A stretch of 63,132 nt of DNA, the filler included, from Octopus bimaculoides (Eukaryota): the NCBI RefSeq assembly GCF_001194135.2. It is 5 parts of 5 records of this genome, joined end to end, with 100 filler letters (N's around TTAATTAATTAA, not from the genome) between each part and the next. Parts side by side here need not be neighbours in the genome. Positions count along the whole stretch, not along the records: positions 1 to 30,565 come from NC_068986.1; 4 more parts are not named here. One strand, written 5' to 3'. Positions within the stretch are counted from its first letter, which is position 1. Every line of letters starts with the position of its first letter. This document shows, piece after piece, positions 1 through 11,644 of this stretch. The notes beneath the pieces are model-generated. The model worked only from the letters and a program-made list of their open reading frames with translations. It had not been told where the DNA came from and did not search any database. Position numbers and translations under genes: made by a program.

Positions 1-214
1 TTTAAAGTAAACGCATTGGTCCGGTTTTCAAACGAGTTTAGTGGCATATCAGGTTTTTGAAGAAAAAAAGTTGGTATCTTCTTGTTCAAACATCTATTTC
101 TTGAAAAACTAAAACTGAGCGGTCTAGAACGTCCCTTCTCACAGTCATTCACACCAGAGAGAGAGAGAGAGAGAGAGAATGGAAACTAACATTTGAGATG
201 TATTTTATTTGTTA

Positions 215-300
215 ATCTCCAAAGGATGGATTTGAACACTGGACGAAGAGATCAGAAACAAATATTGCAAGGTATTTTATTACACATTCTGCCTGTTCAG
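215..300 (-). mobile_element. Degenerate SINE fragment (family D)
   Basis: ggatggatttgaacactggacg...aaatattgcaaggtattt resembles the ggaatttgaactcagaacgtaaag...aaatgccgctaagcattt block seen in the better copies at 26855, 27535 and 37140. Confidence 0.4.
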
Positions 301-1046
301 TGCCCGGCTTTTGCTTTCGCCGGAAAGAAACACTGCATAACTTACATTATTTCTGACTTAAAATGAAAACACATACTGGTCATGCCTGAATCTGTTTCCT
401 CCAAAGGTTTTATCAGTCTGGGTCAACTGGATCTAAAAACATATCTTCTTTATCAACCATTAAGGGTTGACAAGAACATCGCGAACAGTAGAGAACGATA
501 GAGTGTAGGATTACATAAAAATGTGTAAGAAAGCAAATAATAGAAACAAAGAAACACAAAAATTGAACAAGAAAAAAGTTCCTTGAAAATAGCAAGGGAG
601 ACCCCGAGGACTTCTCGTGGAGCCCTTCCGCTCTCAATTTTCTTTTCAAGTGAAACTAGAAAAAGCTGATGAGGCCTTAGCCAAAGAGAAAGGCGTGTTT
701 TCGGCTCTTTCAATCTCGTTCAAACACTTTCGCCAAAGCCATCAGAAGGATAAGTAAAATTAACAACAGCTTCATGGAATATTTAACCATCTCTACATAA
801 CTGAACAGATTCGTAAACCGTTAGGAATTGGAATATTCTATGATAAAGGCGAGCCAATAAGGGAACTTTTATATGTAAGCGCTAATTGCTAGGCATAGCG
901 TCTAAATCTCGTTCAAATTACGCTATATTAGAGGGAAACTACAAGTCGTTCAATAAAGTTCATTCACCGCGAGAAGTGTGTAACGTAACATTTACAGTTC
1001 TTGCTCGTCGTCTGTGCGTGAAGAAGAGAGAAATAAGAAAGAGAAA

Positions 1047-1090
<44 letters not shown>

Positions 1091-1869
1091 NNNNNNNNNN
1101 NNNNNNNNNNNNNNNNNNNNNNNNNNNNNNNNNNNNNNNNNNNNNNNNNNNNNNNNNNNNNNNNNNNNNNNNNNNNNNNNNNNNNNNNNNNNNNNNNNNN
1201 NNNNNNNNNNNNNNNNNNNNNNNNNNNNNNNNNNNNNNNNNNNNNNNNNNNNNNNNNNNNNNNNNNNNNNNNNNNNNNNNNNNNNNNNNNNNNNNNNNNN
1301 NNNNNNNNNNNNNNNNNNNNNNNNNNNNNNNNNNNNNNNNNNNNNNNNNNNNNNNNNNNNNNNNNNNNNNNNNNNNNNNNNNNNNNNNNNNNNNNNNNNN
1401 NNNNNNNNNNNNNNNNNNNNNNNNNNNNNNNNNNNNNNNNNNNNNNNNNNNNNNNNNNNNNNNNNNNNNNNNNNNNNNNNNNNNNNNNNNNNNNNNNNNN
1501 NNNNNNNNNNNNNNNNNNNNNNNNNNNNNNNNNNNNNNNNNNNNNNNNNNNNNNNNNNNNNNNNNNNNNNNNNNNNNNNNNNNNNNNNNNNNNNNNNNNN
1601 NNNNNNNNNNNNNNNNNNNNNNNNNNNNNNNNNNNNNNNNNNNNNNNNNNNNNNNNNNNNNNNNNNNNNNNNNNNNNNNNNNNNNNNNNNNNNNNNNNNN
1701 NNNNNNNNNNNNNNNNNNNNNNNNNNNNNNNNNNNNNNNNNNNNNNNNNNNNNNNNNNNNNNNNNNNNNNNNNNNNNNNNNNNNNNNNNNNNNNNNNNNN
1801 NNNNNNNNNNNNNNNNNNNNNNNNNNNNNNNNNNNNNNNNNNNNNNNNNNNNNNNNNNNNNNNNNNNNN

Positions 1870-2155
1870 AACACCTAAAGCTCCACGAGGCTTCGGCAGG
1901 GGATGGTGGCGAACCCTGCTGTACTCTTTCACCACAACTTTCTCTCACTCTTTATTTCTGTTTCTGTTGTACCTGTAATTCAAAGGACCAGCCTTGTCAC
2001 ACTGTGTCACGCTGAATATCCCCGAGAACTACGTTAAGGGCACACGTGTCTGTGGAGTGCTCATCCACTTGCACGTTAATTTCACGAGCAGGCTGTTCCG
2101 TTGATCGGATCAATTGGAACCCTCGACGTCGTAAGCGACGGAGTGTCAACAACTT
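1870..2155 (+). mobile_element. SINE-like element (family B body, alternative 5' part)
   Basis: gtacctgtaattcaaagg...ttaatttcacgagcaggctgttccgttgatcggatcaattggaaccctcgacgtcgtaa matches the reverse complement of 37858-38040. Confidence 0.75.
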
Positions 2156-2294
2156 GTTCGCGAATTTGGTAGACAAAAACTGTATGGAAGCCCGTCATGT
2201 GTGTTTGTACGTGACCTCGTATTCTATGTTTGTGTTTGTTTCCTCGCCATTTTATAACTGTTCATTGGCTTGTTTACGTCACCGTAACTCAGTG

Positions 2295-2420
2295 ACTCGG
2301 TAAAAAAAACTGAGCGAATAAGTGCTAGAATACTGGGGCTGATCTGTTTGTCTCTACTCTTCAAGGTGGTGTCACTCTTGCATATCTTCAGTCCAACGGC
2401 TGAAACAAATAAAAGACAAA
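2295..2420 (+). mobile_element. SINE family A 3' fragment
   Basis: gaataagtgctag...tcaaggtggtg...tgaaacaaataaaaga matches the 3' end of the copies at 16300 and 22049. Confidence 0.6.
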
Positions 2421-2629
2421 AATTAAAAGAAAAACCACACTGGCCAGTGTAGTCAAAGATACACTAGCTTTATTCATGCTTTCAGTTAATTTTAGTGTAT
2501 TGTTTGTGTAGAAGTGAATGCTAGAGTTCAGGTCGCACCGTTTTCCGGAAGAGATGTCGGTGTAGTAACATTATCGATTAAACTTTTGGACAACAATGTG
2601 TGTTCTTTGCGTTTGTTTGAAAATCTTAC

Positions 2630-2709
2630 TTTTCGGGTACCTTGATGAAGCCTTTAATTACCAAAGATTCGGTTAACCAAAATTTGCTTCTACCATTTTT
2701 AGCTTCGCC
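2630..2709 (-). CDS. Candidate internal exon (GEAKNGRSKFWLTESLVIKGFIKVPE), product unknown
   Basis: Minus strand reads gctaataccattttcag|80 nt|gtaaga. Only the phase-0 frame is open. No homology recognised. Confidence 0.25.
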
Positions 2710-2779
2710 CTGAAAATGGTATTAGCATATATGGAGGTGGGGGCTACAGTCGGTTTTATTCTGTCAGTATCAGGTTAAC

Positions 2780-3045
2780 AGATAAATTCCTTTTTTATTT
2801 TTTCGTTTATTTTAATCCTTAATTTTCAAAGGTTTGAAAACAAAATCTAAAATTTATTTAAATTTCAAGAACGATAAACAAAAGTTATAGAGTAAGATGA
2901 GAGCCACACACAACTCATAAAACACTACATTAAGAATATTTTTCGTGTTAATTCAAATAATATTGCAAAAAAGCGAGTGAATTTATCTCATAACCCAACA
3001 AAGAAAATGTTACCCGCCAAATGACGGGTACCTTTGGAAGTATAT
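2780..3045 (+). mobile_element. Possible degenerate Helitron-like 3' end
   Basis: Hairpin tacccg-ccaaatga-cgggta at about 3012-3031, followed about 10 nt later by gaagt where CTAG-T would be expected. Confidence 0.25.
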
Positions 3046-3246
3046 TTTTGCAATAAAGGACATTATCAAGAAATATGGCATACATACATTAATTATAATT
3101 TAACGTTTACCGAACTTCTTGGTGTTTGTACAAAATGATTTAATGAATATTAATTTTCAAAGAACAAAATATTTGTTAGCTCAAAATATAATTAGATAGA
3201 ACAAATTTCGCATGTACAAAACCCCGAGCATAACTACTCTGTCATT

Positions 3247-3392
3247 TCTTCTTCTTCTTATTATTATTATTATTCTTCTTCTTCTCTTCTTCTTCTTCTT
3301 CTTCTTCTTCTTCTTCTTCTTCTTCTTCTTCTTCTTCTTCTTCTTCTTCTTCTTCTTCTTCTTCTTCTTCTTCTTCTTCTTCCTCTTCCTTT
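3247..3392. repeat. (CTT)n/(TTA)n microsatellite
   Basis: Direct sequence. Confidence 0.95.
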
Positions 3393-3585
3393 GTTGCTAT
3401 ATTATTTTCTATCTCACTGTGTGTGTAGCATTCTTTACGCATTGCCTACAGCCAAGCCTAGCATGTATACTCATCTTGTATCTCTTATATCAATCTGTCT
3501 GTCTATCTGCCTGCCTGTCTGTCTTTCTCTGTCTGTCTGTCTGTCTCTGTCTGTCTGTCTGTCTGTCACACACACACACACACTC

Positions 3586-3616
<31 letters not shown>

Positions 3617-4020
3617 TTTACACTCTCATCCCTCCTCTCTCTATCGATGTAAAGCGTGACTGTAGAAATGAATTAGCTAACTGACTTTTATTCATATCGG
3701 GTATTTTTATATAGAGATTACTTCCTTTTTTCTCTTCTTTCTTTTGCTCAATATCACTTTATATTAAAAACTTTAGCATTAAATTCAAATCCATTTTAAA
3801 TATGGTTGTGTGTGAACTGAAGGCAATTTGGCTACTACTTCTAGTCACAGAAGCTCCCTTGAAAATTGTTTGTAATAGTATTGTTGCTGTTGTTAGTGTG
3901 TCTCCGTGTATTTGTTTGAATGTATGTATGCATGTATGTGTGTATGTATATACACAGACAGACGTATATATATATGTATATATGCATGTATGTATGTATG
4001 TATGTATGTATGTATGTATG

Positions 4021-4450
4021 TATACTTGCATGCATATATGTATGTAATGTTTTACAATGCTTGCTTGTATGAACAAAGTTCACATAGGGTGGAGAATTCC
4101 GAAGAATTGCTTTGATATAATGGTAAAACGTCTTTCATGTTTACAGAAAATTTTTCGTGTTAATTCACATAATATTGCAAAAAAGAGAGTGAATTTATCT
4201 CATAACCCAACAGATACAAATGCATGTATGTATGTATGTATGTATGTATGTATGTATGTATGTATGTATGTTTGCATGTATGTATGTATGTATGTATGTA
4301 TGTATGCATGTATGTATGTATGTATACTTGACTGCATATATGTATGTACTGTTTACAATGCTTGCTTGTATGAACATTGTTCATATAGGGATGGAGAATT
4401 TCGAAGAATTGCTTTGTTATAATGGTAGAACGTCTCTCATGTTTACAGAA
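4021..4450. repeat. Direct repeat of a ~128-bp unique unit, each copy preceded by (TATG)n, period about 302 bp
   Basis: 4021-4148 and 4323-4450 both read tatacttg...ttacaatgcttgcttgtatgaaca...gaagaattgcttt...tcatgtttacagaa. Confidence 0.9.
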
Positions 4451-4604
4451 GTTTCGGATTTAAGCCTTAGCAGCAACCTTCGACTTCGACTTTACCCATC
4501 TAACATGTATTCTAACCCGATACTCTACCCAGTATTATGTATATGCTTATCTACTGCAAGTTCCACCATTAAAAAAATAAGCCATCTAGTATGCGTATAT
4601 ATAT

Positions 4605-4815
4605 GACGATGCATGGTCTAGTGATTAGAGTGTTGCACTCACGATCGGTAGATCGTTGTTTCAATTCTTAGACCGGGTGGTGAGTTATATATTTGATTTA
4701 ATGGAGGACGTGAGTTAATGTGCAGCACATACATTTGATTACTATAAACAAATCATTTGTGCAGATCGTTCGGCAAAAGCTGAACGTTCATATGTCGTCA
4801 TCGACGGCAGAATCC
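4605..4815 (+). mobile_element. tRNA-headed SINE family C, internally deleted
   Basis: A-box-like tggtctagtgattagagtg and B-box-like gtttcaattctt; body actataaacaaatcatttgtgcag shared with the adjacent inverted copy. Confidence 0.75.
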
Positions 4816-4849
4816 TCGTTCTCCGACAAAGAGGTTTCTACAATATCTT

Positions 4850-5099
4850 GCTGTAATCACCTGCACAAATGATTTGTTTATAGTGATTAAAAGTTTGCGC
4901 TGTACGTTATCCCACTCTCGCATCAAATGGACGTTGCCTTAACAGATGCACGGGGCACCACATATTAGGTGTCGCAGTGATCGCCGAGCAGCGTGAAATG
5001 AAGTGTTTTGCTCAAGAACACAACGTACAATCCGGTCTAGGAATTGAAGCCACACTCTCGTAATGACTTGTGCTACACACTAACCACTAGGTTCTGCGC
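4850..5099 (-). mobile_element. tRNA-headed SINE family C
   Basis: Reverse complement shows ctagtggttagtgtgtagcac...ggcttcaattcctagaccgga...gttcttgagcaaaacacttcatttcacg. Confidence 0.8.
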
Positions 5100-5407
5100 T
5101 CTCAGTGTGTGTATGTGTGTATATATGTATGTATGTGTATATGTGTGCGCGCGTGCATATGCGCGTGTGTTTGTGTGCGCGTGTGTTTGTGTGCGCGCAT
5201 GGGTGTTTGTGTGTACACCATACACACTTATGCACACAGACCTGTATACATACACACACACACTTACATACAAACATATATACACACACATACGCATAAA
5301 CACATACATTATAGTGATTTGAAATAAAGACTGTCTTTCATTCCACTTTCCATCAGTTATCTACGCACACACACACAAACATATATGTGTGTATATATAT
5401 ATATATA

Positions 5408-5424
5408 TATAGATAGATAGATAA

Positions 5425-5488
<64 letters not shown>

Positions 5489-5504
5489 GTAGGTAGGTAG
5501 ATAA

Positions 5505-5562
<58 letters not shown>
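5408..5562. repeat. (GATA)n microsatellite
   Basis: Direct sequence. Confidence 0.95.
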
Positions 5563-5565
<3 letters not shown>

Positions 5566-6289
5566 CGTGATAGGACACAATTTTTATTCGACGGGAAATC
5601 ACTTTTTAGTAATTTAATATTTCATGAAAAATTAATTGTGACTTGTGTCTAGTCACAATTTTATCAACGTTAGGTCAGAGAAAGAAAGTGAAAGAGAGAG
5701 AGAGAGTGTGTGAGAAAGAGAGAGAGAGATAGAGAGACGGGTGGAAAACGAGATGCAAGAGAGCGAGAGAGAGAGTTAATGAGAGAGAGAGAGTCGCAGA
5801 AACAAAGGTAGCGTGTGAGGAATTTGCGTGTTAATTGTGTGAATTTGTATGTACATTCTCAATCTATTACGTTCAAACATGTGTTTGTATATGTGTTCCA
5901 TATGTTCTCATGTGTTTAAGTATGTATACTTGTTTTCCATGACTCCATATGTGTTAAGTGTGTGTGTGTGTGTGGTTGTGCATGTTCGGGTACGTTTTGT
6001 AATGATCATGCGTGATTCAAGGTATGTGTGCGAGTGTGTATGTAACAATCTGTGTACATGCTATATATTCTTAGTCATTTTTGTGCGCGCGCCCATGGTG
6101 CTCCATGTGTTCATGCATATGCCATCAACATATATCTGTGTGACTGTGCGCGTGTGCTTGCTTGCGCGTGTGCCTGCTTGCGCGTGGCGTGTTTTACAAG
6201 GAAAATAAAGATTTAGAAAGTGTGTTGGAAAAGAAAAAAAAACTGTGAAGAAATTAATATGGAAGATCGAAGAAGAGAATGATGATTGA

Positions 6290-6488
6290 GAAAGAAACAT
6301 GAAAGAGAGAGAGAGAGAGAAATTAGGAAGCGATAGAGAGAAAGATCAAGATGCGAGAGGGAAAGGTGGGATAAGGAATGAGAAGAAGAAAATATAGAGA
6401 TGAAGCAGTTAATAAAAAAAACAAATAAATTTAGCTGAATGAGAGGCGAAATTAAAGGCGTGAGAGCGATGGTGTGTGGGAGTGTGAA

Positions 6489-6535
<47 letters not shown>

Positions 6536-6613
6536 GATAAATCCACAGAGACAGACAGACAGAGACAGACACACACAGACAATGAGACAGAGAGAGACAT
6601 AGTCAAACAGACG

Positions 6614-6673
<60 letters not shown>

Positions 6674-6676
6674 CAG

Positions 6677-6707
<31 letters not shown>

Positions 6708-6920
6708 TATAGGGAGAGAGAGAAAGAGATGGGAGAAGGAGAAGGAGAAGGAGAAAGAGGCAGTGTGTAAGGAAGAGAGTGGGAGAGGCGAGAGAGTGGG
6801 TGTTGTGTAAGAGTACAAGAAGCGATGGAGTGTGAGAAGCGGGGGATTGTGAAAAGAGACGGAATGAAAACGAACGGATAAAAAATGCTGGTAAATGGAA
6901 AAACGTCAAGGACAGAAAAT

Positions 6921-6952
<32 letters not shown>

Positions 6953-7225
6953 GACAGAAACAAAGGGAGACAGAAACAGAGAGAGACAAAGAGACAAACA
7001 AACAGTCAAAGTGTGAGACGAGGGGAAGGAGAATTGCAAAGAAGAATGGAAAACTATAGAAGACGGCAAGGAAGAAGAGAAAGAGAAATTTTTTCAAAGA
7101 GAGAGAGAGAGAATCAGAGACAGAGACAGAAAGAGAGAGTGGGAGAGAGAGAGAAAGAGAGAGATAATATGTTTGAAGTTTCAAATAAGAGCAGATAATG
7201 ATAGATAGATAGATAGATAGATAGA
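6290..7225. repeat. Purine-rich compound microsatellite (GA, GACA, GATA)
   Basis: Direct sequence. Confidence 0.9.
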
Positions 7226-7282
7226 ATGAGTGAGTGTAGAGCTCTTACTAGATTACTAACCGCTCTGCTCCTCCTTTTCCAG

Positions 7283-7388
7283 AAGAGTTATTCGTATGTG
7301 AAATAATCGACTGGCTTATTGTTGCTGACAGAAGCTATAGAAAACCGTGGAGTCATATTGTCGGCCTAGTAACGCCATTTAGGATGAG
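7283..7388 (+). CDS. Candidate exon (EELFVCEIIDWLIVADRSYRKPWSHIVGLVTPFRMR), weak reprolysin/M12B-like motif
   Basis: Branch point TACTAAC at 7254-7260, then pyrimidine tract cgctctgctcctccttttccag|. The phase-1 frame is open. Donor gag|gtgcca is only moderate. Confidence 0.35.
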
Positions 7389-7614
7389 GTGCCAGTCGTT
7401 ACAGATCTTTTGGGCAGACCATCTCCCTATCTCACTACATACTACCATGCTTTGACCACAAAGATGCCAGTTTTGATATGTTTTCGCATCCGTCTACTTT
7501 TTCTCCATTTTATTTTTGTATTCATTTTTTTTCCATTTTTGGTTTTGTTTCTCTTTATATATATCTTTTCTATCTTGTTCGAGTTTGAGGAGGTGCAATA
7601 GTACAGAAGTGCAT

Positions 7615-8370
<756 letters not shown>

Positions 8371-8685
8371 TGCTTGTGTATGAGTAACTGTCACTTACAA
8401 ACGGAAACTAACTTAATCTAACCTAATTTGACACAAACTCAGTACCGTCAGCACAAATTCCATCACCACCACCATCGCCAACACCAACATCAACATCAGC
8501 AGCATCATCAACGCAATCACCACTCACCATCACCATCACCGTTACCATCACCAGCATCAACAGTAGCGTCTTCATCTTCATCCTCACCATTGCATTGCCA
8601 CAACGACTACCACAATCATGACGATGACCAACACCAATTTCCTCCAATCGTCGTCGTCGTCGTCATCCTCCCCCTCCTCTTCATT

Positions 8686-8722
<37 letters not shown>

Positions 8723-9010
8723 CCATCTCTCATAACTATAACACGACCAATTCTATTACTGTTGCGTTTACTAACAATAGCATCAATATGGCCATAACTG
8801 ACAGTGGCACCACCAATTCCAGCAACATTTCGTACACTTTCAACTGCTATCACCAATCCAACCATCGACAACAATTACCATATCCACATCCATTCCCCCT
8901 CTCAAAACCACAAATACATCCGTTAAGCACAAAATAAATAAACAAATAAATACATGATTTCTTTTATTGACCACAAGGGCCCAATAATAAATAAATAAAT
9001 AAATAAATAA

Positions 9011-9069
<59 letters not shown>

Positions 9070-9070
<1 letters not shown>

Positions 9071-9660
9071 GCCCTGATGCAGTACCATGCCCAGATGCAG
9101 TACCTATGCCCAGATGCAGTACCAGGCAGTGGCTCTCATGGCTTCTGATCTTAATTGATTGGAAGTGTTATCATGTATATTCTTTTGTCTTGGTATAAAA
9201 GATGGGCTACAGCAAATATTCTGCTTAATACCACAGATTTGCTTGCCAGTTGCTTCACTTTAACCAGTTGAGCATGTCCCTTGGTGGCTGACGATATGTG
9301 CATCTCTGATCATGAGCAGAAGTAGTGGGAGAGCATCATAGCCACATGTTGTGAGGAATTCTTTGGGGTTTGAATAATTCAACTTTGGAAACATGGGTGT
9401 TCAGTCAACATCCTTAAACGAACCTTATCAGGGACCCTTTGAGCGGGATGGGCTACTCGACCTGAAGAAAATTTTAACTGGGACCCACCTGCGAGGTCAT
9501 GCGCTGTTTATCTTGATATGAGATCACCATGTCACGCATATATGGTTGCGATGCATGTGACCGGTGTACCCTTATCAGTCTGGTAGTCAGGACGGGTATA
9601 TTGGGCTTCGTATATTTTACCCGTGTCACTGTGATGGCATGCACTGCTCTCTCACACTCG
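9070..9660 (+). mobile_element. ~590-bp unclassified element flanked by (TAA)n on both sides
   Basis: Bounded by TAA runs at about 9010-9068 and 9661-9757; its terminal ~150 bp recur inverted at 59715-59870. Confidence 0.7.
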
Positions 9661-9701
9661 ATAATAATAATAATAACAACAACAACAACAACAACAACAA
9701 C

Positions 9702-9757
<56 letters not shown>

Positions 9758-9758
9758 T

Positions 9759-10297
9759 AGCGCCTGCAGAGCATCTCAACAGCAGAGCAGAACAGTATAT
9801 TCGCTGGGTAATTTGCAGAAATTTGGACCTGCTCCATGATAAAAACCGGTGAAATGACCGAATCTCACTCCTCTGGAACTTCACCGTTCAAACTAACAGA
9901 AAGGTAGATGCGAATAAGCCCGACACTATATTGAAGGATTTCAGACAAAAATCATGCCTCGTAATCGATATGACTGCCCCAATTGGCATAAATGCATCTG
10001 TCAAGACCTACCAAAAACTGAACAAGCATAAAAATCTTGAAATAGATATCAGCAAAATGTGGAACCGCAAGACTAAAATAATACCTGTTGTTATAGGTGC
10101 CCTAGGAATGATAGCAATAGGGGCTGATTGCTACCTAGCTCAGATACCAGGAAATGGCAGAAATTCAAAACTAGTGCTCAGGAGAACTGTCCATATCCTA
10201 CGTAAAATACTATGTGATCTCAAATTTTAAAACAAACTTATAATGTTCTCTTTTCTTAAACATTTTCTAGAACAATAGTTTGTGCAAAACTAAATAT
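9759..10297 (+). mobile_element. 5'-truncated R4/Dong-clade non-LTR retrotransposon (RLE domain and 3' UTR)
   Basis: Translation LWNFTVQTNRKVDANKPDTILKDFRQKSCLVIDMTAP...KMWNRKTKIIPVVIGALG carries the PD-(D/E)xK restriction-like endonuclease signature of R4/NeSL-type elements; begins directly after (TAA)n. Confidence 0.85.
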
Positions 10298-10959
10298 CAG
10301 GTCATCTCATATAAAACGGTTCAGGACAGACCTCATCTAGGTATGTATTATAGAGTGGTATATGTCTGACTTCAGTCAATAGTAAAAGCATTCTAGGATT
10401 GACGACGGGTGAAGCGTTAACCTTTAGTATATCGAGCTTATTATACCATGCAGTTAAATCTACATGTGGCAGATGAACGTTCTCTTAAGTAGCGTGACAT
10501 TTTCTTCTCCCAATCGCCTAAAATTATGGAAAATGGAGATAAGTACCTGTCCCAAAAGTCCTTGAAATTCAAAGAAAAGAAATAATTGTTAATGTTATTG
10601 TAGGGATTAGATATAATTAAACCAATGCAAGTAAACCAGAGAAACTCTGCGTGGTCTCTACTAGTTCCAAATAACGGCTAAATCATCCTCAAGTTACATA
10701 CTAACGTTTAAAAGGTATCTAACAGCTAGTTGTAGAGACAGGAGAGAGAGCTAAACCAGGTAATGTAAAATCGCATGCTCTTAGCTGTACTGGTACATAT
10801 TTTATAACTCCTGGAATAACGAAAATCAGAGTTCAAATAGGCACTATTTATATTCACAACGCAAAAACGACATAATTACATGCAGTCAAGTATTTTGTCC
10901 GGTCCTCTTAACAATTTAAAATGCGCCAACTTAAATAGTAATTTTAATAAATGCACAAG

Positions 10960-11135
10960 ATCATAAATATCTGGAGGTGAGAACAATCGAATATATCAAC
11001 CTCTGTATTTGATTACACTTTATTTTATCGACTCTGGAATGATGGAAGACAAAGTTGACCTTGACGAAATTTGAACTCATAACAAAGACCCAAAACAAAT
11101 ACAGTAAGAATTTTTCCGACCCTCTAACAATTCTT
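10960..11135 (-). mobile_element. SINE family D, diverged
   Basis: tattttatcgact...gaagacaaagttgaccttgacgaaatttgaactc. Confidence 0.65.
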
Positions 11136-11339
11136 CGAACCAACAGTTTTAGACAGCTACATGATGTTACTTATTTCAGAAGGAACGAATTCGAAGACGA
11201 CCTAGGTGGGATTTGAATTCAGAACGTTCTGGTTCAAGGCATTATGCCAGGTCACCTATCGATTTCGATAAATGCGTACCCTTAGACTTCATATTTGTGG
11301 CTGTGTACCCATGAGAGAAATTACCATTATGAATAGTAA

Positions 11340-11485
11340 TTCTTAACATTGGCATAAAGCGACAAATCTGGGATTAGAGTCAAGTCGATTGATTCGACTA
11401 TAGTACTTGATTCACAAGTTTATTTTATCGACCTTAGAAGGGCAAAAGGCACAGATATTCCCGACAAGATTTGAACTCGATACAG
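11340..11485 (-). mobile_element. SINE family D, diverged
   Basis: tattttatcgaccttagaagggcaaaaggcacag...agatttgaactc. Confidence 0.55.
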
Positions 11486-11568
11486 GTAAATATCTGTTCC
11501 AAACGAAAGACACCGCCAACGTCACCACCACCATCACCACCAACACCACCACCCCGACCACCACCACC

Positions 11569-11644
<76 letters not shown>

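Noticed and set aside
377-874. Protein-like open frames on both strands (minus 377-432 IQLTQTDKTFGGNRFRHD; plus 593-753 and 770-874)
   Set aside because: Mutually incompatible; the plus pair would need a 16-nt intron; no recognisable homology
886-2015. Long ORFs spanning N-gaps (also near 11.8-12.6, 42-43.3, 46.1-46.9 and 50.6-52.8 kb)
   Set aside because: Open only because N codons and simple repeats contain no stops
2512-2773. Plus-strand two-exon reading with a 66-nt intron
   Set aside because: Donors are weak and the supposed intron is the better-bounded minus-strand exon candidate
7380-7470. RTE-like W-HVVR...LPK motif on the minus strand
   Set aside because: Several stops and few matching residues; not distinguishable from chance
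9072-9090. Hammerhead-like CTGATG core, also at 34975
   Set aside because: The core is CTGATGC, not CTGATGA, with no GAAA or stem II
10301-10340. 40-nt exon candidate (VISYKTVQDRPHL) with ag|gtatgt donor
   Set aside because: The acceptor appears to sit at the edge of the LINE 3' UTR and lacks a pyrimidine tract
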